Shown here: positions 14,934 to 23,830 of the stretch, piece after piece | How the letters are laid out: every line of letters begins with the position of its first letter | How positions within the stretch are numbered: the stretch's first letter is position 1 | DNA from: Thermomicrobiales bacterium | Lineage (GTDB): Bacteria; Chloroflexota; Chloroflexia; Thermomicrobiales; UBA6265 | NCBI GenBank assembly: GCA_041743205.1 | Contig: JBGTNF010000297.1 | Location: forward strand, 1-38,353 | DNA length: 38,353 nt | Direction of reading: 5' to 3' | Program-made: the position numbers and the translations under genes | The notes under the pieces: model-generated | Databases searched by the model: none | What the model was told of the DNA's origin: nothing | What the model saw: the letters and a program-made list of their open reading frames with translations, nothing else

Positions 14934-17900
14934 ATGGATTTCATGGGACTGTGGCGTGAACCGCTCGACCGTGCGCTCGTGGTTGCAGTGATACTCGGCC
15001 TGATCGCCGGGATGTGGTCGATGGCGATGACCACCGGGGATACGTCGGCGCAGTCCGCTTTTCCGACCGTCACACTCAGTCAGGCGCGCGGCCTGGTGGG
15101 CCGCACCATCAGCGTCAACGGCGCTGGTTTTGGAGCCGGCGAACGCGTCGACATTCGCTGGCGGAGCGCCAGCTCGGCACCCATCGCAGGTCCTCAGGCA
15201 TCGAGCTCCGGAACCTTTTCGGCCTCGATCGCCTTGCCGGATGCGCCGAACGGCGCCCAGACGATCTACGCCACTGGTCAACAATCAGGGAGACAGGCCA
15301 CCGCCGTCTACACCGTCGAGCGGCCCGCCGGACAGTCAGGACGGATCGGCGAAGGCGTCTACAGCACATACGCCACGAGGATCGGTTTGATTGGCAACAC
15401 CACGTCCTCCGGTCACGTGATCCGTGAGGGCGATTTCTTCGTCGCCCTGCCCGCCTGCACGACGACCAATTGTCCGGGCGGCCCCTATTGGGGCGGCATG
15501 ACGAACTGCGGGAACAAGTGTTACGTCAAGCTCGTTAATCCTCAAACGAACGCCTGCCGGGTCGAGCCGATCCTCGATGTCGGCCCCTGGTTCCGCGTCG
15601 ATGACTGGTGGAATCCCACGGGCCAGCGATACCTGAACGCGCTGGCCTCGAATCCGTCCGACCTGGCGCAGGGGTACACCGGCGCGAGTGCGGCCAGGAG
15701 TGGCTACAACGTCGGCTACGGCGTCGGGCCGAACGGTATCGGCTACGACGACACGGGTTCCGGTGGGCCACGGCCGTTGCGCCAGGTCGGCAACCGGGCG
15801 GCGATCGACCTGGCCGACGGCACCTGGCGGGCGCTCAACCTGGCCTCGGACGGCGTCGGCGCCCCACTGCGGGTTGAAATGCTATGGCAAACGGGAGGGG
15901 ACCCGGCGGCCCAGGCCCAGGCCTGCGGGCACCCGGTGAACCAGACCCCGACGACGAACTCCCCCGGCACGCCCAACCCATCGTTTCCCGGGACTGTCCT
16001 CGATCCGGTCGCCAGCTCGCAATCATCGAACGGGTCTGGCGCGTCGGCCATGATCGACGGCAACCTCCAGACGTCGTGGCAGACGACCAACGCCAATCCC
16101 ACGTCGGGATCGTTCACGATCGATTACGGCCAGGCCCGATCGTTGACTGGCATCCGTTGGAACTTCGACCAATTCGGCTACGCCGACCGGATGGTGATCG
16201 AAACCAGCGTCAACGGAACGACCTGGTCGGCCGTTGGCGTCTATGGCAACGCCCCGGCCGGCCAGTGGCGAGGCGTCCCGATTTCCCGCCAGGGTCGATA
16301 CGTGCGGTTCTCGTTCACCAACCCCGGCCGCGATCCGCGGCTTGGACAGGTTGCGGAAGTGGAGGTTTGGGGAACGGCCGGTTCGACCGGGACGCCCTCC
16401 CCAACACCGGCAGCCATTTCCGGCAGCGACCCCCAGCTCGCCGGGGCGATCCTGCCCATTGCCGCCAGCGACCAGTCGGCGGGTTCGACCTCAGCAACCC
16501 GCGCCTACGATCAGGTTCCGGGCACGAGCTGGGCGACCTCGACCATCGACATTCCGGGAACCGCGACGGCGACGTTCGACCTCGGCCGAACGCAGCGGCT
16601 CTCCGGCGTGCGCTGGATGTACCGGTTGTCCGGAGGAGCCGATCGGATGCGGCTCCAGGTATCGACGGACGGCGCGAACTGGATGCAGCTGGTGACGACG
16701 TCGAACCGGGCCCCAATGACCTGGGAAGGATGGAAGACGACAGCCGACGCGCGCTACGTGCGGTTCGTGTTCGATAACCCGAACGGGGTGGCCGTTCTCG
16801 GCTACCTGGCCGAGATCGAGATCTGGGGGACGCCATCGGCCGCGACGCCTTCTCCGAGCCCGACCCCAAGTCCGAGTCCGAGTCCAACGGCAACTTCTAC
16901 GTCGCGTCCGAGTCCTACGCCTACCACGAACGTAACGCCGAGTCCGACGATGACGCCCGCAACTTTCGGCGTGGTTACCAACACCGGATCCGCCAGGCTC
17001 AACTGCCGGGCCACCGCCAGTACGACCGGCGCAATCATCGCCTCGATTCCAGGCGGTACGCAGTTGGCGATCCGCGGTCAGGTGTCCAACGGCTGGTATC
17101 CCGTGATCTGCGCCAACCGATCCGGCTGGGTGAGCGCTGACTTCTTCACGCCCGAGTCCAGGCCGGTTACTCCAACCCCAACGCCGCGACCGTCGACGCC
17201 GACCGCGACGCCGGTCACGCCGGGGCCCGCCAACATCGGCTACATTGCGAATTCCGGCGGCGACCGGGTGAACTGCCGCGCGCAGCCGTCCACGGCGGGC
17301 ACGATCATCACCAGCCTTGCCGAATTCACGGAGGTCAGGCTGCGAGGGCCGTTGCTGGGCGGTTGGCAACCGGTGACCTGCGTCAATCAGGATGGCTACG
17401 TGTTCGGCCAGTACGTCGAGGTTCGTCCACCCCTCGCCACCCCAACGCCGATGTCGACCGCGACACCGCGGCCGTCTCCAACCACCGTCGAGGCCACGCC
17501 CGTCACGCCTCGCCCGAGTGGGGTGGGGTACGTCGCCAACACCGGCGGCGCCAGGGTCAATTGCCGGGTTCAGCCCTCGACCTCTGCGGCAATCATCACC
17601 AGCCTGCCCGATGGAACGCGGATCGATCTTCGCGGCGCCGCCCAGAGCGGTTGGCAGCCTGTTCGCTGCGCCAACCGAGATGGTCACATCTCGGCACAGT
17701 ACATCTCTTCGTCGCCGCAATCTTTGGTACAGCCAGCCGTGGCCACGACGCCCGAAGTTTCGACGTTGACTCCAGCGCCAACCGCGGGGACGACCACGCC
17801 CGCCCCAACCGCGACGCCGGGCGTGACCGGCAGGGGCTACGTCGCCAACACCGGCGGCAATCGCATCAACTGCCGAACCGATCCTTCGACGAGCGCGCCG

Positions 17901-18713
17901 GTCATCACGGCATTGTCCGAAGGGACGATGATCGACCTTCGGGGGGCACCGGCGAACGGCTGGCAGGGCGTCCGCTGCGCCAACGCCGACGGTTTCGTCT
18001 CGGCCCAGTTCATTTCCTTGACGCCACCCGTCTCGACGCCAACCACGCCGCCGTCCACGGAAGCGCCGGCGGCGACCGAGCCGCCACAATCAACGTCGCC
18101 TCCGGCCGCGATGGCGGGCTCCAACCCGCAATTCGGCGGTTCGCCGTTGGACATCGTCGATGTCTGGGGCACGAATGGCGGCAACAACGCCTGGCGCTCG
18201 ATCGACGGCAGCCAGGACACGAGCTGGGTGTCCGCCGATAGCGCCGGCCAGGCGATCCTGACCATCAACCTCGGCAGCGTCCAGTCGTTGACAGGCGTGT
18301 GCTGGATGTACCTGCAGGCGGGCGGCGCCGACTCGATGCGGCTGCAGGTCTCCACCGATGGCGCCGACTGGACGCAACTGGTGACCACGTCGAACCGCGC
18401 GCCGTACAGCTGGGAAGGCTGGTCCACCGATGCGTCGGCCCAGTATGTGCGCCTCGTCTTCGACAACCCCACCGGCGTCGCCACGCTCGGGTACGTCGCC
18501 GAAGTGCAGGTTTGGGGATCGGGCAGCGCCGACGTCGACGCCGGGGATGCGGCGCTGCTGGCGTTCCTGGTCCCCGTCCGGTCCGGACGCGTCGATTCGT
18601 CGACCAGTTTGTCCCGCATCGTCCGGAAACCCGCCGATTCGCGATACCATGCAATCTGGGTGACCCCGGTTCGGTCGTCGGACCCTTCCTTGGAACGGAA
18701 CGTCGGTTCCTGA
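14934..18713 (+). CDS. large secreted multidomain protein: signal anchor, Ig-like domain, RlpA-like DPBB domain, 3 F5/8-type-C (discoidin) domains, 4 SH3b domains
   Basis: ATG at 14934 (or 14943) gives MDFMGLWREPLDRALVVAVILGLIAGMWSMAMT. DPBB-like segment: TSSGHVIREGDFFVALPA...KCYVKLVNPQTNACRVEPILDVGPW...NRAAIDLADGTWRAL. Discoidin-like repeats end in ...YVRFxFxNP...GxxAEVEVWG. Four SH3b-like repeats read GYVANTGGxRVNCR...GWQPVxCAN.DG.V. The linkers are PT-rich. Confidence 0.9.
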   Translation: MDFMGLWREPLDRALVVAVILGLIAGMWSMAMTTGDTSAQSAFPTVTLSQARGLVGRTISVNGAGFGAGERVDIRWRSASSAPIAGPQASSSGTFSASIALPDAPNGAQTIYATGQQSGRQATAVYTVERPAGQSGRIGEGVYSTYATRIGLIGNTTSSGHVIREGDFFVALPACTTTNCPGGPYWGGMTNCGNKCYVKLVNPQTNACRVEPILDVGPWFRVDDWWNPTGQRYLNALASNPSDLAQGYTGASAARSGYNVGYGVGPNGIGYDDTGSGGPRPLRQVGNRAAIDLADGTWRALNLASDGVGAPLRVEMLWQTGGDPAAQAQACGHPVNQTPTTNSPGTPNPSFPGTVLDPVASSQSSNGSGASAMIDGNLQTSWQTTNANPTSGSFTIDYGQARSLTGIRWNFDQFGYADRMVIETSVNGTTWSAVGVYGNAPAGQWRGVPISRQGRYVRFSFTNPGRDPRLGQVAEVEVWGTAGSTGTPSPTPAAISGSDPQLAGAILPIAASDQSAGSTSATRAYDQVPGTSWATSTIDIPGTATATFDLGRTQRLSGVRWMYRLSGGADRMRLQVSTDGANWMQLVTTSNRAPMTWEGWKTTADARYVRFVFDNPNGVAVLGYLAEIEIWGTPSAATPSPSPTPSPSPSPTATSTSRPSPTPTTNVTPSPTMTPATFGVVTNTGSARLNCRATASTTGAIIASIPGGTQLAIRGQVSNGWYPVICANRSGWVSADFFTPESRPVTPTPTPRPSTPTATPVTPGPANIGYIANSGGDRVNCRAQPSTAGTIITSLAEFTEVRLRGPLLGGWQPVTCVNQDGYVFGQYVEVRPPLATPTPMSTATPRPSPTTVEATPVTPRPSGVGYVANTGGARVNCRVQPSTSAAIITSLPDGTRIDLRGAAQSGWQPVRCANRDGHISAQYISSSPQSLVQPAVATTPEVSTLTPAPTAGTTTPAPTATPGVTGRGYVANTGGNRINCRTDPSTSAPVITALSEGTMIDLRGAPANGWQGVRCANADGFVSAQFISLTPPVSTPTTPPSTEAPAATEPPQSTSPPAAMAGSNPQFGGSPLDIVDVWGTNGGNNAWRSIDGSQDTSWVSADSAGQAILTINLGSVQSLTGVCWMYLQAGGADSMRLQVSTDGADWTQLVTTSNRAPYSWEGWSTDASAQYVRLVFDNPTGVATLGYVAEVQVWGSGSADVDAGDAALLAFLVPVRSGRVDSSTSLSRIVRKPADSRYHAIWVTPVRSSDPSLERNVGS
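16965..18017 (+). repeat. four tandem in-frame SH3b-encoding repeats (period about 270-310 nt) inside the large CDS
   Basis: The peptide units FGVVTNTGSARLNCRA..., IGYIANSGGDRVNCRA..., VGYVANTGGARVNCRV... and RGYVANTGGNRINCRT... each end in GW(Y/Q)(P/G)V.C.N..G(W/Y/H/F)(V/I)S(A). Confidence 0.7.
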
Positions 18714-18734
18714 CTCACGTGGAGAATCGCAATC

Positions 18735-19199
18735 ATGTACGACCGGATCGTTGTTCCACTCGATGGCTCCGACCTCGCGAACGTCGCGCTCGACCACGGC
18801 AAGAATCTCGCGAAACGGCTCGCGATCCCGATCCACCTCGTTCGGGCGATCGATCCGGCTGCCATCGACCGAGTTGGCGCCGTGGGCATGGGATTCGACT
18901 ACTCGGCGGTCAACGAGTTGATCATCGAGGAAGAAGGGGACGCCACAGCGTTCATGGACGCCCAGGTGGCCGCGTTGACCGCCGACGGCTACGAAGCGAC
19001 CGGCGTCGTCCTGCGCGGGTACGCCGCCGCCGCGATCACCTCCGTGACGAAGGAAGGCGATCTCGTGGCGATGGCGTCGCACGGTCGGACGGGGGTGCGC
19101 CGCTGGTTCCTCGGCAGTGTGGCTGAGGAAGTGCTGCGGCAGGCCACCGTGCCCGTGTTGCTCATCCGGCATCCGCACGAGGACGACAAACACCGGTGA
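18735..19199 (+). CDS. universal stress protein (UspA family)
   Basis: 154 aa. Motifs MYDRIVVPLDGS... and DLVAMASHGRTGVRRWFLGSVAEEVLRQATVPVLLI. GGAGAA RBS. Confidence 0.9.
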   Translation: MYDRIVVPLDGSDLANVALDHGKNLAKRLAIPIHLVRAIDPAAIDRVGAVGMGFDYSAVNELIIEEEGDATAFMDAQVAALTADGYEATGVVLRGYAAAAITSVTKEGDLVAMASHGRTGVRRWFLGSVAEEVLRQATVPVLLIRHPHEDDKHR

Positions 19200-19235
19200 T
19201 TGGTGAGTCCAGCCTGTCGTGACACTTCCCCGATT

Positions 19236-19262
19236 CGTCATCCCGAGGAACGAGGGATGACG
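19236..19262. repeat. family-1 mini-hairpin (solo termini)
   Basis: CGTCATCCC-GAGGAACGA-GGGATGACG: a perfect 9-bp stem built from the family-1 terminal sequence. Confidence 0.6.
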
Positions 19263-19326
19263 ATGGGAGAGGCGTTGGCAACCCGCCCAAGATTTAGTGG
19301 ACAGACCACTGAGCGCCTCCCACCAC

Positions 19327-19504
19327 GTCATTTCGAGCGAAGTCGAGAAATCTCTTCATTTAGCCACCACATGAGATTGCGTTTTTGGTCGGAGCCGGGA
19401 CGGCGCCAGGAAGCCCTAAAGGTCCAATTGGTGCCGAGACATTCGCACGGCGCTGAACGTGATGGACAGCGACCGCTGAAGATTTCTCGCAAGCTCGAAA
19501 TGAC
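19327..19504. repeat. family-1-related inverted-repeat element (178 bp)
   Basis: Left end is GTCATTTCGAGCGAAGTCGAGAAATC. Right end is GATTTCTCGCAAGCTCGAAATGAC, which is the reverse complement apart from the central few nt. Confidence 0.65.
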
Positions 19505-19775
19505 AATTATGGGACCAATCGAGTCACAGGTGAGAAAATTCCTGCCTGCGCTCCAAATGACGTGTCTGTCGGAACGTTCAAGGCTCAGGCGCCCGACTAA
19601 CCCTCCAGGGATTTGACAGTCCGTCCAAAGCATGCGATGTATGAAATTGACGCTGACGTATCGTCTCTTTCCCTGGCACGGCCCCCGACACCCGTTGATT
19701 GCCCACCCCGATCCGCCACCACGCGGATCGACACGGACCTCGGCGCCGACCGTCCAGCTCTCCAGCGAAGGACGC

Positions 19776-21092
19776 ATGGCGCATATTCCCGACGACCCCA
19801 CTCCAGTTCCGGCGCTAATTGCGCCAGCCAATCCGCTGGATTCCCAGGCCGAAGGGCGATTCCCGGCTTTCGCCTACCGCAACTACCGCCTCTTCTTCTT
19901 CGGGCAGCTCGTATCGGTCACCGGCACCTGGATGCAATCGCTGGCGCAGTCGTATCTCGTCTATGAGGTGCTCAACGCCTCGCCGTTCCAGCTCGGCCTG
20001 GTCAACGTCTTTCAGTTCGCTCCAGTCCTGTTGCTCGGCATTCCCGCCGGGGTGCTGGCGGACCGGTTCCCCAAGCGCCGGATCCTCGTCTTCACCCAAT
20101 CGGTTTTCGCCTTGCTGGCGGGCGTGCTCACCGTTTTGGTGTTGCTCGACCGGATCCAGCTCTGGCAGGTGTATGCCGTGGCCGGTGTGTTCGGCGTCAC
20201 CAACGCGCTGGACATGCCCACCCGACAATCACTCGTTTCGGAAATGGTTGGCAAACGGGCGGTGATGAACGCCATCGCCCTCAACGCCACCATGTTCAAC
20301 ACCGCCCGCGTGGTTGGACCGGCCATCGCCGGCATGGTGCTGGCCGCGTTCGGGCCGGTCGCTTGCTTCGCGATCAACACGGTCTCGTACGGCGGCGTCA
20401 TCATCGGCCTCCTGATGATGCGGATCAGGCCAGCGGCGAAGGAAGCTGCCGGCTCCGCCCTGGTCCGGCTCAAGGAAGGGTTGGCCTACGTCCGGGCCAT
20501 CCCGACGATCTACCGTACGATCGGGCTCGTCGGCGCGGTAGGCACCTTCGGCATGAACTTCAACATCTGGGTGCCGATGCTGGCCTCGGACAGCTTCGGC
20601 TCTGGCGCCGGGGCCTACGGGCTGCTGTTCTCCGCCATGGGGTTCGGTTCGCTGCTGGGAGCCCTGACCCTGGCGATGTTTGGACGCACGCCCAGCCGGA
20701 CGCGGATGCTGGGCGCGGCCATTGGACTGGGCCTGGTCGAGATCGTGCTGGCCGTGGCCGCCGCGATCCCGACCAACATCGCGCTCGGGATGATCACCCT
20801 CGCCATCGCCGGGTTCGCCTCCAGCACCGCGATGGCGACCGCCAACACCACCGTCCAGACGACCGCCGCGCCCGAGCTGCGGGGCCGGGTGATGGCGGTG
20901 TACATGACCGTGTTCGCCGGCACGACTCCCTTCGGCGCCCTTATCTCCGGCGGCATTGCCGATGCCTTCGGCGTGCCGACGGCAGTGGGAGTCGGCGGCA
21001 TCGTCACCGCGTCGGCGGCAATCGCCATCGCCTGGACCCAACGACAGCGCGTTCCCGCCGCTTCCACATCCCCGCCGGTCCGGACGTCCTGA
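19776..21092 (+). CDS. MFS transporter
   Basis: ATG at 19776 with GAAGGA upstream. The product begins MAHIPDD...FAYRNYRLFFFGQLVSVTGTWMQ, followed by about 12 hydrophobic helices, as in the EntS/DUF894-type MFS pattern. Confidence 0.88.
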   Translation: MAHIPDDPTPVPALIAPANPLDSQAEGRFPAFAYRNYRLFFFGQLVSVTGTWMQSLAQSYLVYEVLNASPFQLGLVNVFQFAPVLLLGIPAGVLADRFPKRRILVFTQSVFALLAGVLTVLVLLDRIQLWQVYAVAGVFGVTNALDMPTRQSLVSEMVGKRAVMNAIALNATMFNTARVVGPAIAGMVLAAFGPVACFAINTVSYGGVIIGLLMMRIRPAAKEAAGSALVRLKEGLAYVRAIPTIYRTIGLVGAVGTFGMNFNIWVPMLASDSFGSGAGAYGLLFSAMGFGSLLGALTLAMFGRTPSRTRMLGAAIGLGLVEIVLAVAAAIPTNIALGMITLAIAGFASSTAMATANTTVQTTAAPELRGRVMAVYMTVFAGTTPFGALISGGIADAFGVPTAVGVGGIVTASAAIAIAWTQRQRVPAASTSPPVRTS

Positions 21093-21173
21093 CGCCGCTG
21101 CCCCAGCGCAGGCCCTATCATTCCGGCACGCGGCGCCGGCCGCGGGATCGATTCCAGGCCAGCAGGACACATC

Positions 21174-22190
21174 ATGCCGTTCGGACCCTTCGCGATCATC
21201 AGCCTGTTCTACGTCGTCATCGGCGTTCGGGTCATCTATCGCCTCATCCGGTCGTGGTCGACCGTGTGGGACCGGAACTTCACGCAAACCGATCGCTCGA
21301 TCGTGGACGAGGCCGCCTTTTTCGTGCTGGTGCCGGTGTCGGTCGCCCTTCACGAATTGGGTCACGCGGTCGCGATCTGGGTGATGGGTGGCGAGGTCGT
21401 CGACTACGGTTACTACGGATTTGCCGGTTTCGTGTCCTACTTCCCCGCCCAGTTCACCCTGACCCAGCAAACGATCATCGCCGCCGCCGGCACGTTGGTG
21501 AACCTGCTGCTTTGCCTGGTGGCCTTCGGCCTCGCGTTCTTTCGGAAGCCGCCGATGCGGGCGGCGCATAACGAGCTGCTCCTGCAATTCGCCTTCCTGT
21601 CCGGCCTTAACGCCTTCGTCGTCTATCCTCTGCTCGACCTAGCCTCGGGCATGAACGGAGACTGGCGGCAGATGTACGACAGTGGCGTGCCCTGGCTCTC
21701 CGGGCTCATCGTCGTGATCCAGGTTGCGGTGCTCTACGGAGGGTACTGGATCGCTACCAACGCTCGGTCGAAGGCCCGGATGGTCAGCCTGACCGATGTG
21801 CCGCCGGGGTTCGAGCGGGGTCTGCTGGGCGGCATCCGGCCGGGCACGATCGACACGTCGACCCTTTCGCCGGTCGAGCGCACCTTGCAGGAGGCAGCGA
21901 GCCGGGTAACCAGCGGCTGGGCCGATCCGGTCAAGTCCCATCTCCAGCGGTTCGGCGGCGGCGCAGCGATGGTGCTCGAATGGAACGATGGCGGCGGCGC
22001 GGGCCGGGTGGCGGTGGCCGCGCGCGCCTTCGAGAACGGCCGGACCGACATCGTGAAGCTCTCCAGCGCTCCGGCCGGTTCGACGCCGCCACCGCCCCGC
22101 CTGTTGCACCAGTGGCCGGCGTTGCCGAGCATCGAGGACCTGACGATCGGCTTGCGCGTTGCGATGGAGGCGGCCGAGCGAGGCAGCTGA
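21174..22190 (+). CDS. integral-membrane zinc metalloprotease-like protein (HExxH; M50/site-2-protease-like) with a C-terminal soluble domain
   Basis: HELGHAVAIWVMGG lies inside a TM-rich N-terminal half. The C-terminal ~130 aa have no motif I recognise. Confidence 0.7.
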   Translation: MPFGPFAIISLFYVVIGVRVIYRLIRSWSTVWDRNFTQTDRSIVDEAAFFVLVPVSVALHELGHAVAIWVMGGEVVDYGYYGFAGFVSYFPAQFTLTQQTIIAAAGTLVNLLLCLVAFGLAFFRKPPMRAAHNELLLQFAFLSGLNAFVVYPLLDLASGMNGDWRQMYDSGVPWLSGLIVVIQVAVLYGGYWIATNARSKARMVSLTDVPPGFERGLLGGIRPGTIDTSTLSPVERTLQEAASRVTSGWADPVKSHLQRFGGGAAMVLEWNDGGGAGRVAVAARAFENGRTDIVKLSSAPAGSTPPPPRLLHQWPALPSIEDLTIGLRVAMEAAERGS

Positions 22191-22209
22191 ACGCCTTTGG
22201 CGTCAATGC

Positions 22210-22218
22210 TGGTACAAT
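22210..22218 (+). promoter_or_regulatory. candidate extended -10 promoter element (TGGTACAAT)
   Basis: TGn-TACAAT lies about 165 nt upstream of tctC. There is no good -35. By eye only. Confidence 0.25.
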
Positions 22219-22381
22219 CCGGGGACAGATTGCTGGAATCGCATACGCGGCGCGTCGTTTCGTCGTTTGACTTTGGCCGGTCTGGCTGGAATCGGACGTT
22301 CGACGCTCCAATGGGCCATTTCGCCTGCGTAATCCGGCATCGCGACGTCCCGTTTCGCGCCAGGTCGAAGGAGAGCAACGC

Positions 22382-23425
22382 ATGGAATCCAGGGAAGCGC
22401 CACGGATGACTCGACGGTTGGCGATCGCCGCCGCCAGTGCGCTCATGATGCTCGGATCAGTCATCCCAGGCGCCGCGACGGCGCAGGACGATTGCGCGTG
22501 GCCCTCGGAAACGCTGCAAATCATGGCCCCGGCCGCCGCCGGTGGCGGGTGGGACACGACCGCCCGGGAACTGCAACGCGTCCTCGGTGAGGAAGCGATC
22601 GTCGAAGGCGATGTCGAGGTCTACAACGTCGAAGGCGCCGGCGGCACGATCGGCTTGGCCGAGCTGGTCAGCGAGCACGCCGGCGACGAGAACACCCTGA
22701 TGGTGATGGGCCTCGTCATGATCGGCGGCATCGGGCTCAACGCCTCGCCGGTCACGCTCGAAGAGGTCACGCCAATCGCCCAACTCACGGGCGAGTTCGA
22801 GGTCATCGTGGTCCCGGCCGACTCCCCATACCAGACACTCGCCGACCTGATCGCTGATTTCGAGGCCGATCCGACCGCCATTAGCTGGGGCGGCGGTTCG
22901 GCGGGGGGCACCGACCACCTGTTGATTGCGCTGATGGCCCAGCAGCTCGGGATCGACGCCACCCAGGTCAACTACGTGCCGTTTTCGGGCGGCGGGGAGG
23001 CCCTCGCCTCGGTGATGGGCGGCCAAACCACGGCGGGCGTATCCGGGCTCGGCGAATGGGCGGCCCAGATCGAATCCGGCGAGCTGCGCGCCCTGGCGAT
23101 TTCCGGCCGGGCCGACGCCAGCGATGGCGCCACACCGGTGGCTGAGAGCGATCTCGGCGCCTCGATCCCGACCTTGCAGGACCAGGGGATCGACCTCGAA
23201 CTCGCCAACTGGCGCGGCGTGGTGGCGCCGCCCGAACTCTCGCCGGAGTCGACGGCCTGCATCGTGGCCGCGTTCGATGAACTGAACGCCTCGGCGGGCT
23301 GGCAGGCAACGCTCGACCAGTACGGGTGGAGCAACCTCTACCTCGCTGGCGACGAATTCGACGTCTACCTCGATGAGCAGATCGCGGTCATCAACCAGAC
23401 GCTCACCGATTTGGGACTGATCTGA
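22382..23425 (+). CDS. tctC: tripartite tricarboxylate transporter substrate-binding protein
   Basis: 347 aa with a signal peptide. Bug/TctC-family pattern: ...APAAAGGGWDTTAR..., GGSAGGTDHL, PFSGGGEA, ANWRGVVAPP. Strong GAAGGAGAG RBS. Confidence 0.88.
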   Translation: MESREAPRMTRRLAIAAASALMMLGSVIPGAATAQDDCAWPSETLQIMAPAAAGGGWDTTARELQRVLGEEAIVEGDVEVYNVEGAGGTIGLAELVSEHAGDENTLMVMGLVMIGGIGLNASPVTLEEVTPIAQLTGEFEVIVVPADSPYQTLADLIADFEADPTAISWGGGSAGGTDHLLIALMAQQLGIDATQVNYVPFSGGGEALASVMGGQTTAGVSGLGEWAAQIESGELRALAISGRADASDGATPVAESDLGASIPTLQDQGIDLELANWRGVVAPPELSPESTACIVAAFDELNASAGWQATLDQYGWSNLYLAGDEFDVYLDEQIAVINQTLTDLGLI

Positions 23426-23500
23426 CGGGGTGAGCAGCGTGGTGGGGCCGGGCGGCTCCGGTAAAGGCAGGTAGACCGTCACCAGTCACACCACAAGTCC

Positions 23501-23755
23501 GTCATCCCGAGCTTGCGAGGTACCCCCCGGCGAAGCCGGTACGTGATTCGCCGGACCGCAATACGGCTTTCGGCGGGGGAACTCTCAAAACCCTCAAGGC
23601 CCGGTCGGGATAACAGATGGTGGGTGTTGGCATCCGGTTACGATTGGCAGGTCAGGCGAATGGGCGGGCAAAGAATCGTCTTTGAAGCGGTACTACTGGT
23701 TCGCCAAGTATGTACCGGCTTCGCCGGGGGGTCCCTCGCTGGCGTTCGGGATGAC
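23501..23755. repeat. family-1 inverted-repeat element (255 bp, MITE-like) in the tctC-tctB spacer
   Basis: The left arm, 23501-23542, is GTCATCCCGAGCTTGCGAGGTACCCCCCGGCGAAGCCGGTAC. The right arm, 23712-23755, is its reverse complement except for one mismatch and one short indel. Confidence 0.8.
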
Positions 23756-23830
23756 GGTTGAACTGCACTGCACCTATTTCGGAACGCGTGACTGCGTGCC
23801 GAGTACATCGTGCTTTACGTTGGGACGACC

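Noticed and set aside
16840-16960. Short tandem CCGAGTCCGA / ACGCC-type nucleotide periodicity that might be mistaken for a CRISPR or VNTR
   Set aside because: It lies in frame inside the large CDS and encodes a Pro/Thr/Ser linker (TPSPSPTPSPSPSPTAT...). There is no repeat-spacer organisation.
16491-19331. 532-aa and 413-aa minus-strand ORFs (16491..18089 and 18090..19331)
   Set aside because: They are antisense shadows of the large multidomain gene and usp. The peptides are extremely Arg/Gly-rich with no domain pattern.
20229-21587. 452-aa minus-strand ORF and 402-aa plus-strand ORF over the MFS gene
   Set aside because: They are shadow or off-frame ORFs. Only the frame beginning at 19776 gives the expected 12-helix hydrophobic pattern.
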